Shown here piece after piece: positions 26,406 through 35,147 of a DNA stretch of 63,106 nucleotides (positions are counted from its first letter, which is position 1; the number at the start of each line of letters is the position of its first letter). Source of the stretch: Chloroflexota bacterium. GTDB taxonomy: Bacteria; Chloroflexota; Limnocylindria; Limnocylindrales; CSP1-4. The notes beneath the pieces were generated by a model. It ran no database searches and was not told the DNA's origin. It saw only the letters and a list, made by a program, of their open reading frames with translations. The stretch lies in the NCBI GenBank assembly GCA_032128175.1, contig JAQBHC010000098.1, positions 1 through 63,106 of the forward strand, written 5' to 3'. Both the position numbers and the translations under genes were made by a program.

Positions 26406-26825
26406 ATGAACGACACGGCAACAACGACCAGGGACGAAACAGCTCCAGAAGTTGACGAGTCATTCGCCTGGACGGACGACACGGACAATGGCCAGGGCTC
26501 CGAGGACGACGCCGGCTCCGGTGCGCGCGAATGGTTGAGCCAGCTCCAGTCGATGATCGAGAACATCACCGAGCAGGCCGGCCCGGTTCTGCGCCAGGTC
26601 AGCGCCAAGGCGGCCGAGCTCGCCGTGATCGCCGGTGAAAAGGCCGGCCCCGTCGCGGCGCGTGCCGCCGAACTGACGGCAGAGGCCGGCACTCGCCTCG
26701 CTGCGCGATCTCGCGATCTCGCAACCGAGCTTCGCCGGGATCAGGCGGCGCGCGCGGCAAGCTCAAGCACGGGCGAGGCTGACACCAGCGCCGATGTTTC
26801 GACGGAGAGCAGCGACCGGGCCTGA
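26406..26825 (+). CDS. hypothetical acidic, Ala-rich helical protein
   Basis: AGGAGG at 26391-26396, 9 nt before ATG 26406. Acidic N- and C-termini flank predicted amphipathic helices (AGPVLRQVSAKAAELAVIAGEKAGPVAARAAELTAEAG). No family recognised. Confidence 0.55.
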   Translation: MNDTATTTRDETAPEVDESFAWTDDTDNGQGSEDDAGSGAREWLSQLQSMIENITEQAGPVLRQVSAKAAELAVIAGEKAGPVAARAAELTAEAGTRLAARSRDLATELRRDQAARAASSSTGEADTSADVSTESSDRA

Positions 26826-26894
26826 CGGGTCGCCGGCGCGCCAATCCAGGCGTATTCCGGGCGCCTCAACTCGAGGACTGCGTAACGGCTCGCC

Positions 26895-26900
26895 TATACT
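26895..26900 (+). promoter_or_regulatory. putative -10 (TATACT) placed 6 nt before the def ATG (predicts a leaderless transcript)
   Basis: GCCTATACTCCGCCG-ATG. No SD is possible in the 6-nt gap. Confidence 0.45.
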
Positions 26901-26906
26901 CCGCCG

Positions 26907-27440
26907 ATGAGTATCCGGCCCATCCTGCTCCTCGGCGACCCACGGCTCCGGCTGAGGGGTCAGCCCGTCGATGGCTTCGGCAAGTACCTTCACGGTTTAC
27001 TTGACGACCTCGCGCACACCATGCGCGATGCGCCCGGCGTAGGCCTGGCAGCGCCCCAGCTGGGCGAAGCGGTCAGCGCCTGTGTCATCGAGGTCGAGGG
27101 TACGCTCCATGAACTCGTCAATCCTGAGATCGTGAGATCGACCGGAGACGACCGTGACCTCGAAGGCTGCCTGTCCATTCCGGGGTATGCGGCGTACGTA
27201 ACGCGGCGCGAGCGGGTCTGGGTAGTCGCGCAGAACCGGAGCGGGCGAAGGATCAAGTTGGCCGGGTCGGGTCTCCTCGGGCGCGCCATTCAGCACGAGC
27301 TGGATCACCTCGACGGCAAGCTCTACATCGACTATCTCGAGTCCATGGACGAGCTGATTGCGGTCGGGGCTGGGGGCGACGACGAGGAGGACTCGGACGG
27401 TGAGACGTCCGGCGAGGCCCGGACGCTCGCATTGGCGTGA
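26907..27440 (+). CDS. def: peptide deformylase
   Basis: GVGLAAPQ, EGCLSIPG and HELDHLDG motifs. Confidence 0.95.
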   Translation: MSIRPILLLGDPRLRLRGQPVDGFGKYLHGLLDDLAHTMRDAPGVGLAAPQLGEAVSACVIEVEGTLHELVNPEIVRSTGDDRDLEGCLSIPGYAAYVTRRERVWVVAQNRSGRRIKLAGSGLLGRAIQHELDHLDGKLYIDYLESMDELIAVGAGGDDEEDSDGETSGEARTLALA

Positions 27441-28464
27441 AGCCGGTCGCCGATGCCGGCAGCCCGCCCACGGTCAGGACGCTCTTCGTCGGTTCTGGAT
27501 CGTTCGCCGTACCGATTCTCGATGCCCTCGCGCGACGGCCGGACCTGACCATCGTCGCCGTCGTCACGCCGCGCGATCAGCCGTCCGGTCGACGAGGCAA
27601 GCTGACCCCTGTGCCCGTGGCCCTGGCCGCACGCCGGGCCGGATTACCCCTGCTCCAGGTCGCTCGCATCCGAGCGCCGGAGGTGGTGGCGTCGATCCGG
27701 GCGCTGGCCCGGACCTCGGGGTACTGGCTGACTTCGGGCAACTCGTGCCGACGTCGATCCTGGAGGTGCCGAGGCTCGGGATGCTGAATATCCATCCGTC
27801 CCTCCTGCCGCGACACCGAGGCGCCACGCCGATAGCGGCGACGCTCATGGCAGGGGACACGACCGCCGGCGTGGTCATCATGCAGATGGATGCCGGCCTG
27901 GACACGGGGCCGCTCGTGGCGCATCGCTCGTGGCCCCTCGACGGCTCGGAGGATGCGCCTGCCCTCGAGTCCCACGCCGCGGCCGAGGGAGCAACGCTCC
28001 TCGGCGAGATCCTGCCGGACGTCATCGCCGGTCGCGCCGCACCAGTGCCGCAGGACGACAGCATCGCCAACGTAACACGTCCGCTCCGTCGTGAGGACGG
28101 TCGGTTGGACCCTCGGAGTCCCGCCGCCGCGCTGGAGCGTCAGGTGCGCGCGTATCGTCCCTGGCCCGGCTCGTTCGTGGAGGTGGGCGGCTTTCGATTG
28201 GTCATCCGCGAGGTGGAGATCCGGCAGAGCCGCCGCGGTGACTCCGTCGGGATACTCGCAGCCGATGGAGACGGGCTCGCGCTGACGACGATCAAGGGTC
28301 GGCTCGGCCTCATCGTCGTCCATCCGGCCGGGGGTCGAAGCATGGAAGCCGCCGCCTTCCTGCGTGGGCGCCCGGAACTGGTCGGGGCCGCGGTCACCGT
28401 GCCCGCAACGATGCGCGTGACGCGCCGGCCTGCCAATCGTCCGCAGTCTCGAGAGGGTTCATGA
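27437..28464 (+). pseudogene. fmt: methionyl-tRNA formyltransferase interrupted by a 1-nt frameshift near 27708-27710 (true pseudogene or sequence error)
   Basis: N-terminal half (..FVGSGSFAVPILDAL..IRAPEVVASIRALA) is in the frame of 27437. It continues seamlessly (PDLGVLADFGQLVPTSILEVPRLGMLNIHPSLLPRHRGATPI..) in the frame of the 27358 ORF. The junction is at the CCC run in GCGCTGGCCCGGACC. Confidence 0.85.
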
Positions 28465-30755
28465 GCAAGTCGCACGGAGTTGGCATCAGCCGGCCTCGAC
28501 CAGACTCGCGCGCCAAGGTGACCGGCGCCATCCGGTACGCGGCAGATCGGGTCCGACCCGGCACGCTCCATGCGCGTCTCGTGCTGGCCACCCACGCGCA
28601 CGCCCGGATCCGGTCGATCGACGTCACCGGTGCTCTGGCCGTCCCTGGTGTCGTGGCAGTCCTGGTGGCGGCCGATCTGAACCTGCGAGATGGGAGCGAT
28701 CGGCTGGCCGGGCCGCTGGCGACCGAGGAGGTCGTATTCGCGGGACAGCCGGTCGCCGTCATCGTGGCCGAGACCGATGTTGCCGCGAGTGACGCTCTCG
28801 ACCTGATCCTGATGGATCTTGAGCCGCTGGCGCCGGTGCTCGATTCCTCCGCGGCGATGTCCGCGGATTCCCCGCTGGTGCGGACCGACCTCCGCGCGGC
28901 GGCAGGCGAGGGTCCGGCCATGGACGCGCAGACCCACGCTGCCGTCGGGGGCGCCAGCGACGCGTCGATCGACGCTGAATCCTGGTCGCCAAACGTGAGC
29001 GGACGAACGCGGTATCGATCCGGGAACGCCGACCTCGCGCTTGCCGAGGCTGCAGTCCGCGTTCGTCGACGCTTCAGGACCTCATGGGTCCATCAGGGCT
29101 ACATCGAGCCGCAGGCGTGTGCGGCCTGGACCGATGACGACGGCACACTCGTGATCGAGGCCAGCACCCAGGGAACGTTCGGGCTGCGCAAGGACCTCAG
29201 TCGTGTCCTGGGGATCCCGACGCATCGGATCCGGGTCGTGCCGGCCCCGCTCGGCGGGGCATTCGGGGGCAAGTGGGGCTTGTTCGAGCCGATCGTGGCG
29301 GCTGCCTCGCTTCGGTTCGGGCGTCCGGTCCGGCTCGTCCTGGAGCGTCGAGAGGACTTCCTGGCCACCAATCCGTCACAGGCATTCGACATCGATCTCG
29401 AAATCGGTGCCGACGCGGACGGCAGATTCCTTGCCATCCGGGCTCGGCTCATCGCCGATGCCGGTGCCTTCGACGATTTCAGCTCTGACGGTCTGGCAGC
29501 TGTGCTCGTTGCCGGTCCGTACCGCTGGCCGACGGCGGATATCAGCGCGTATGGCGTGCTTACGAACCGGGTTGGCACCGGTGCGTACCGGGCCCCTAGC
29601 GGGCCTCCAACCGCCTTCGCCATCGAATCTGCGGTAGATGAACTGGCAACTGCACTCGATCTCGACCCGACGGAGCTCCGGCGACGGAATGGCACCTCGG
29701 CCGGAGATCTCATGGTTGATGGCGAGGCCTGGGTGCGTGTCGCCCTGCCGGAGGTACTCAACGCGATTGAGGCGCGGCCGGCCTGGCTGGCGCGCCATGA
29801 GCTGCCGGCCGGGGAGGGGATTGGCATGGCCGTCGGCTACTGGCCGGGCAGCAAGGACCCCGCGGCCGCCCTGTGTCGCCTATCACCGGACGGGACCGTC
29901 CAGATCATGACCGGCGTCGTGGACATGTCCGGCACCTCGGGTGCCTTTCAGGCGATCGTCGCCGAGGTACTCGGGATATCGCCTGACGATGTCCAGGTCG
30001 TCACCCTCGACACCGGTGCCGCGCCTCCGTCTCCCGGCAGTGGCGGCAGCACGGTGACCTATTCCGCTGGTCGCGCGGTGAGACTCGCCGCGGACGATGC
30101 GCGGCGCCAGCTGCTCCATGCGGCATCCCTGGAACTGGAGATCGATGAACGCGATCTCGAGATCGTCGACGGGATGATCCGACCGCGAGGCACGCCAGGG
30201 CGCGCCATGTCCGTGGCGAAACTGGTGCGAGCCAATGACCGCGCCGGCCGGGCGCCGCTCGAGGGCCACGCGACGTCGGCCCACACGAGCCTTGCCCCAT
30301 CGGTCGCAGCGTTCATGGCGCATGTCCGAGTCGATGCCCAAACCGGCGCGATCCGGGTCCTCGGCTTTGAGGCGGTCCAGGACGTCGGACGCGCCCTCAA
30401 TCCGGCGTTGGTGACGGGGCAGCAGCACGGCGGGGCGGCACAGGCGATCGGCTGGGCGCTCCACGAGGCGATGGCTCACGACGACCATGGACAACTTCAG
30501 GCGGCGACATTCCTCGACTACGCCCTCCCGCGCGCTGCGAACGTTCCGTGGTTGGAGACGGCCGTCGTCGAGGTGCCCGCTCCCGATGGCCCATTCGGAG
30601 CGAAGGGGATCGGCGAGGCGGCGGTCATCGGGGGCCCGGCGGCAATTGCCAACGCGGTTGCCGCGGCGATTGGCATCCGGCCCACGGAATTGCCGATGAC
30701 CGCACAACGCATCTGGCGCGCCATCCGATCGGCGACGCCGACAGACGTCGGCTGA
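28461..30755 (+). CDS. xanthine dehydrogenase/aldehyde oxidase-family molybdopterin-binding large subunit (orphan; no FeS or FAD subunit genes nearby)
   Basis: KVTGAIRYAADR N-terminus, GGAFGGK and GAKGIGEAAV(I)GG motifs, 764 aa. ATG overlaps the fmt stop (ATGA). Confidence 0.85.
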   Translation: MSKSHGVGISRPRPDSRAKVTGAIRYAADRVRPGTLHARLVLATHAHARIRSIDVTGALAVPGVVAVLVAADLNLRDGSDRLAGPLATEEVVFAGQPVAVIVAETDVAASDALDLILMDLEPLAPVLDSSAAMSADSPLVRTDLRAAAGEGPAMDAQTHAAVGGASDASIDAESWSPNVSGRTRYRSGNADLALAEAAVRVRRRFRTSWVHQGYIEPQACAAWTDDDGTLVIEASTQGTFGLRKDLSRVLGIPTHRIRVVPAPLGGAFGGKWGLFEPIVAAASLRFGRPVRLVLERREDFLATNPSQAFDIDLEIGADADGRFLAIRARLIADAGAFDDFSSDGLAAVLVAGPYRWPTADISAYGVLTNRVGTGAYRAPSGPPTAFAIESAVDELATALDLDPTELRRRNGTSAGDLMVDGEAWVRVALPEVLNAIEARPAWLARHELPAGEGIGMAVGYWPGSKDPAAALCRLSPDGTVQIMTGVVDMSGTSGAFQAIVAEVLGISPDDVQVVTLDTGAAPPSPGSGGSTVTYSAGRAVRLAADDARRQLLHAASLELEIDERDLEIVDGMIRPRGTPGRAMSVAKLVRANDRAGRAPLEGHATSAHTSLAPSVAAFMAHVRVDAQTGAIRVLGFEAVQDVGRALNPALVTGQQHGGAAQAIGWALHEAMAHDDHGQLQAATFLDYALPRAANVPWLETAVVEVPAPDGPFGAKGIGEAAVIGGPAAIANAVAAAIGIRPTELPMTAQRIWRAIRSATPTDVG

Positions 30756-30812
30756 TCGGACGCGAACTCCGAGCTCCTGTGTGTCGGCGACCCCGTGCGA
30801 CAATGCGCGCCG

Positions 30813-32030
30813 ATGTCCAAGCAATCACTTCCGGTTCTCGCCACGCCGGATCCGCTGCCGAGCGACCGACCGGGGATCGCGGGCCTCTTGCCGAGTGCGC
30901 TCGAGGACTGGTTTCGCAATCGCGGCGAGCCGGCCTTCCGCGCTCGCCAGGTCCTCGACTCGGTCTGGCGCGGCCATGACACGGATCCCTTGACGATTTC
31001 GACGCTCCCCGCTGCAACGCGAGTCGACCTCGGGGCGGCGTTTCGGTGGGATACGCTCGACGAGACCGAGCTCGTCGTGGCCGATGGCGGGCGCACCGAG
31101 AAGGCGCTCCACCGACTCGCAGATGGGGCCGCGATCGAAAGCGTCCTGATGCACTACCCGGCCGGCTCGGATCGACGCGAACGGAACACGCTGTGCATCT
31201 CGAGTCAGGCCGGTTGCGCCGTCGGGTGCCCGTTCTGCGCGACTGGAGAGCTTGGCTTCGGCCGGGACCTCGCGACCGCCGAAATCCTGGATCAGGTCCG
31301 TTCTGCTGCGAGGCGACTGGCAGCCCGCGGACGTCGATTGACGAACATCGTGTTCATGGGCATGGGCGAGCCGCTCCTCAATCTCGACCGTGTGCTCGAG
31401 GCGGTGGCGGCCCTGAATGATCCGATCCGCCTGGGACTCGGAGCGAGGCACATCACCGTCTCGACGTCGGGCGTCGTGCCCGGGATGCACCGGCTGACGG
31501 CCCTCGGTGCGCAGTTCACGCTCGCGGTCAGCCTCCACGCCGCGCGGGATCCGCTCCGCGACGTGCTGGTTCCGCTGAACCGACGCTGGCCGGTGGCAGA
31601 GGTCATCGCGGCTGCACGCGAGCACGCTGACGTGACGGGTCGTCGGATCAGCTACGAGGTCACCATGATCGGGGGCGTCAACGACACCGACGCGGACGCT
31701 GATGCGATGGCGGTCGCGCTGCGCGGCTCTCTCGCCCATGTCAATCTGATCCCGATGAACCCGGTCGCCCATACGCCCTGGATCGCGAGCCCGATGCCGG
31801 TCATCGAGCGTTTCGCCGAACGGCTGCGCTCCGATGGGCTGGCCGTGACCATTCGCCGCAATCGAGGCCAGGAAGTTGGGGCCGCGTGCGGCCAGCTGGC
31901 CGCAGATCGTGCTGGTGCACCCCCCGCGGCCGCCGTCGCTCGTCGTCGCGCCCGACTCGTCGCGTCCTCCGTCGCCGCGCTGCGGGGTGAACGGAGCGAC
32001 GAGGCGCCACCGATCGGACTGGACGCCTGA
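30813..32030 (+). CDS. rlmN: 23S rRNA/tRNA adenine-C2 methyltransferase RlmN (radical SAM)
   Basis: FRARQVLDSVW N-domain, CISSQAGCAVGCPFCATG (CxxxCxxC), NLIPMNP. GTG 30795 is an alternative start. Confidence 0.9.
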   Translation: MSKQSLPVLATPDPLPSDRPGIAGLLPSALEDWFRNRGEPAFRARQVLDSVWRGHDTDPLTISTLPAATRVDLGAAFRWDTLDETELVVADGGRTEKALHRLADGAAIESVLMHYPAGSDRRERNTLCISSQAGCAVGCPFCATGELGFGRDLATAEILDQVRSAARRLAARGRRLTNIVFMGMGEPLLNLDRVLEAVAALNDPIRLGLGARHITVSTSGVVPGMHRLTALGAQFTLAVSLHAARDPLRDVLVPLNRRWPVAEVIAAAREHADVTGRRISYEVTMIGGVNDTDADADAMAVALRGSLAHVNLIPMNPVAHTPWIASPMPVIERFAERLRSDGLAVTIRRNRGQEVGAACGQLAADRAGAPPAAAVARRRARLVASSVAALRGERSDEAPPIGLDA

Positions 32031-33085
32031 TGTCAAAGCGAACGCCGACGGCCCGACAGAGGCCCACGTCGGCTGGTCGAGCGAGGGTCGCGGCGAGCAT
32101 CCTCGATGCCGACCTCGGCAACCTCGCCTACGCGGTGCGCCGAGCTGAGCAGGAAGGCGCTGACCGGATCCACCTCGATGTGATGGATGGCCACTTCGTC
32201 CCGAACCTGACGTTTGGGCCACGAACAGTCAAGGCGCTCCGAAAGCGGACGAAACTGCCCCTCGACGCCCACTTGATGATCTCGGAGCCGGGCCGGTACC
32301 TTGGCGAGTACCTGGATGCTGGCTGCGATTCGGTGACGTTCCATGTCGAAGTCGAGGAACCGATTGAGCCGGTCCTGCGACAGATTCGGGAGGCCGGGCG
32401 TGCGGCGGGCCTCGCGCTCCGGCCCGGGACGCCGCTGAGTTCCCTCGAGCCCTATCGGCAGCTGCTGGACATCGTGATGGTCATGACGGTCGAGCCAGGC
32501 TTCGGTGGCCAGGACTTCATGACCGATGTGGCCAGGGAGAAGATCCTCGCGGCCCGTGAGTACCTCGCCCACAAATTGCACGGGGCCGAGGTCCACGTCG
32601 ATGGGGGCGTCAGCCGTGATACGGCGGAATTCATCGGCGGTCTCGGGGCCGACGTTCTCGTCGTCGGCTCGGCGCTCTGGATCAAGGGCCGAAACATGGG
32701 CCGCGAGATCCGCCTGGTCCGGGCACTCGCCGACGAGGGCTACCAGTACACGCTCAACGCCGGGGTCCCGCCGATCCCCCGCGATCTGATGATCACGATT
32801 GCCACGCTGCCGCGCCATCTGGCCAGGACCGCGCAGAGTGAGATTGAGCGCGCCGGAATTCCGGTGTTCATCTTTCGCGCGGGACCGCTCGATCTCGACC
32901 TCCCTGATGAGACTCGGGACTGGGACGTGCTGCTGCCCGCGTCATCCGAGGCTGCCGCGCGTACCCGGTTCGGCGACCGTCTCAGCGCGCTGACCACTGA
33001 GGCAACCGCGTGGCGAGCCGACGGAATGCCTGAGCCGCCGCTCGTGCCGGCCCCGAGACCGCCGCGGCCGGGCGCCATTCCGTGA
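32030..33085 (+). CDS. rpe: ribulose-phosphate 3-epimerase with about 115-aa C-terminal extension
   Basis: SILDADL, HLDVMDGHFVPN and MTVEPGFGGQ motifs in the first ~235 aa. An extra C-terminal alpha/beta-looking module follows (MITIATLPRHLARTAQSEIERAGIPVFIFRAG...WDVLLPASSEAAARTRF) plus a Pro-rich tail. Confidence 0.88.
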   Translation: MSKRTPTARQRPTSAGRARVAASILDADLGNLAYAVRRAEQEGADRIHLDVMDGHFVPNLTFGPRTVKALRKRTKLPLDAHLMISEPGRYLGEYLDAGCDSVTFHVEVEEPIEPVLRQIREAGRAAGLALRPGTPLSSLEPYRQLLDIVMVMTVEPGFGGQDFMTDVAREKILAAREYLAHKLHGAEVHVDGGVSRDTAEFIGGLGADVLVVGSALWIKGRNMGREIRLVRALADEGYQYTLNAGVPPIPRDLMITIATLPRHLARTAQSEIERAGIPVFIFRAGPLDLDLPDETRDWDVLLPASSEAAARTRFGDRLSALTTEATAWRADGMPEPPLVPAPRPPRPGAIP

Positions 33086-34362
33086 GCGACGACGCCGTGC
33101 TGCTGGACGATCCAACCGCCATCTCGGCGGCGCTGAAACGTTCCGCCGCGGTCGCGCCCGACGACATCGGTGCCGTCCAACCCGAGCACGCGGACCTGCA
33201 CCGCCGCAACGATCGCCTGCTGCTGGTCATGATCCTTGGTTACGTCGTGGTCCTGTCGGGCCTGATGATCGCCGGCGGCGTTTCCGTCACGCCCGACGTC
33301 ATGCTCCTCGGGCTCGGCCTCGCCGCGGTTCTCCTCGGGCGGGCCCGTCTGTTCATCCGTGACTGGGTGCCCTTCATCGGAATGGTCCTCGCCTATGAGC
33401 TGATGCGCGGCTACGCCGACGACATCGGGCGGGTCGTGCATTCGGCGGACGTCCTTGGCCTCGAGCGATCCTTGTTCGGTGGCCTTCTGCCGACCGAAGT
33501 GCTCCAGACGGCCCTCCATCCGGCGACGGGACTCGACCCGTGGGCGATCGCCGGAACCATCCTCTATTTCCTGCACTTTCCGCTGCCGATCGCCGTCGCA
33601 TTCCTGCTCTGGGTGCGCCGCCGACGCGCGTACTACGACTACGTTGCCGCCCTCATCCTCCTGTCGATGGTCGGGTTTGCAACGTACCTCGTCCTCCCGG
33701 TGGCTCCGCCCTGGTGGGCTGCCGAGCATGGCCTGATCCCCGGCCCGAACGGGGCACCCGCGATCACCTACCTGAAGGCCCAGGGATTCGCCGACGTCGC
33801 CAGTTTCTTTGGGTTCGACGGGCGCTACCTCTACAGCTATGCCGTCTACGAGATCAATCCGAACCAGGTCGCAGCGTTCCCCTCGCTGCACGCGGGCTAT
33901 CCGGTGCTCGCCTTCCTGTTCGCCCGGCGGGCATTCGGGAGAGCCGGCTGGCCCCTGCTCGCCTACGCCATCAGCGTGTGGTTTGCCATCGTCTATCTGG
34001 CGGATCACTACGTCGTCGACGTGATCGGCGGAATCGCCTACGCGATAGCCGCGTATTTCGCCATCGTGCACGCTCCTGGCTGGTTCCGACGGGCCGTCGA
34101 TCGGGTGACCAATCCGGCGCGCGGGGCGGTCCCCGACGTGGGTGAGTACGGTGATCGCAGAGCCGTCGCACAGGCAATCGGCCGAGTGCGCTGGGACTTC
34201 GTCCGTCAGGGATTCGTCATCGCCGCCTTCGGCGTTGCCGGGGTGGTCGGCGTGGTCAAGGGCGAGTGGTTTGGAGGCGCGGACTCGCCGGTGCTGCTAC
34301 TGCCGTGGGGGCTGATCATCGGTGGCGTGTGGCGGGCGTCGCTCGGGGCGATCTCGCGCTGA
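33082..34362 (+). CDS. PAP2-superfamily integral membrane protein (inositolphosphotransferase/Aur1-like subtype)
   Basis: Multi-TM protein with FPSLHAGYP and ADHYVVDVIGG motifs. GTGA overlap with the rpe stop. Confidence 0.7.
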   Translation: MSDDAVLLDDPTAISAALKRSAAVAPDDIGAVQPEHADLHRRNDRLLLVMILGYVVVLSGLMIAGGVSVTPDVMLLGLGLAAVLLGRARLFIRDWVPFIGMVLAYELMRGYADDIGRVVHSADVLGLERSLFGGLLPTEVLQTALHPATGLDPWAIAGTILYFLHFPLPIAVAFLLWVRRRRAYYDYVAALILLSMVGFATYLVLPVAPPWWAAEHGLIPGPNGAPAITYLKAQGFADVASFFGFDGRYLYSYAVYEINPNQVAAFPSLHAGYPVLAFLFARRAFGRAGWPLLAYAISVWFAIVYLADHYVVDVIGGIAYAIAAYFAIVHAPGWFRRAVDRVTNPARGAVPDVGEYGDRRAVAQAIGRVRWDFVRQGFVIAAFGVAGVVGVVKGEWFGGADSPVLLLPWGLIIGGVWRASLGAISR

Positions 34363-34829
34363 TGCGGGCCCTGCTGCAACGAGTCGAGCACGCCTCTGTG
34401 CGCGTAGCCGGTGAGACCATCGCTCGCATCGGTCCTGGCCTCGTCGTGTTGCTGGGCGTTGGCCATGGAGACGATGACGCGACGGCCGACGCGCTTGCCC
34501 GTCGAATCGTCGAACTGCGCATCTTCGCCGACGACGACGGCAAGACCAACCGTTCGATTCTCGACGCTGGTGGGGCCGCGCTGGTTGTCAGCCAGTTCAC
34601 GTTGTACGCCGACACCTCGCGGGGACGCCGCCCGGGCTTCACCGACGCGGCATCACCCGAACAAGCCGAGCGGCTCTACGAGCGGTTCAGCGCCCAGCTG
34701 AACAGCGCTGGTGTAGAGCGCGTGGAGACAGGGCGCTTCGGGGCGGAGATGGCGATTGAGCTGGTGAACGACGGACCGTTCACGCTGTGGCTCGACACTG
34801 CGGCGCGGGCCGCCCGACTCTCGGGCTAG
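34362..34829 (+). CDS. dtd: D-aminoacyl-tRNA deacylase
   Basis: MRALLQRV..., SQFTLYADTSRGRRP, NDGPFTLWLD. ATGA overlap with the upstream stop. Confidence 0.92.
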   Translation: MRALLQRVEHASVRVAGETIARIGPGLVVLLGVGHGDDDATADALARRIVELRIFADDDGKTNRSILDAGGAALVVSQFTLYADTSRGRRPGFTDAASPEQAERLYERFSAQLNSAGVERVETGRFGAEMAIELVNDGPFTLWLDTAARAARLSG

Positions 34830-35023
34830 CGGGCCTGCTTGGTGAGCGTTCGCCGGCAGCGGGTGCACGCAAGCGTCTTCGTGCGCGTGCCACCCTGGTC
34901 GATGACCAGTGGCTGGAGATTCGGATGGTAGCGGCGGTGGGCTCGAACTCGGTTCATCCCCGATGACTGGGGATTGAAGCCGCCCATCGATGTCTTGCCG
35001 CAGATCGCGCAGGAGCGGGCCAT
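34826..35023 (-). CDS. rpmB: 50S ribosomal protein L28
   Basis: MARSCAICGKTSMGGFNPQSSGMNRVRAHRRYHPNLQ. Only the last 65 codons of the 271-aa ORF-track entry are genuine. Confidence 0.9.
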   Translation of the reverse strand: MARSCAICGKTSMGGFNPQSSGMNRVRAHRRYHPNLQPLVIDQGGTRTKTLACTRCRRTLTKQAR

Positions 35024-35081
35024 GATGTCCTCGGGGTTCGATTCGTGTGTGGCCCGGGCGGGTCGCGCCCAGACGGGGCGG

Positions 35082-35091
35082 TATGATAGCA
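35082..35091. promoter_or_regulatory. overlapping divergent -10 elements: TATGAT (+, asp23-yloV-recG) and TGcTATCAT (-, rpmB)
   Basis: Sequence GGTATGATAGCACG reads TATGAT on the + strand and GTGCTATCAT on the - strand, midway between the divergent starts 35023 and 35148. Confidence 0.4.
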
Positions 35092-35147
35092 CGCACACAT
35101 GGCGGCCTCGACAGCCGGCTAGCCCAGTCTCACGAGGACTCCGCCCG

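Noticed and set aside
27700-27720. Programmed -1 ribosomal frameshift in fmt.
   Set aside because: No slippery X XXY YYZ heptamer and no obvious downstream pseudoknot. A homopolymer indel, whether an error or a mutation, is more parsimonious.
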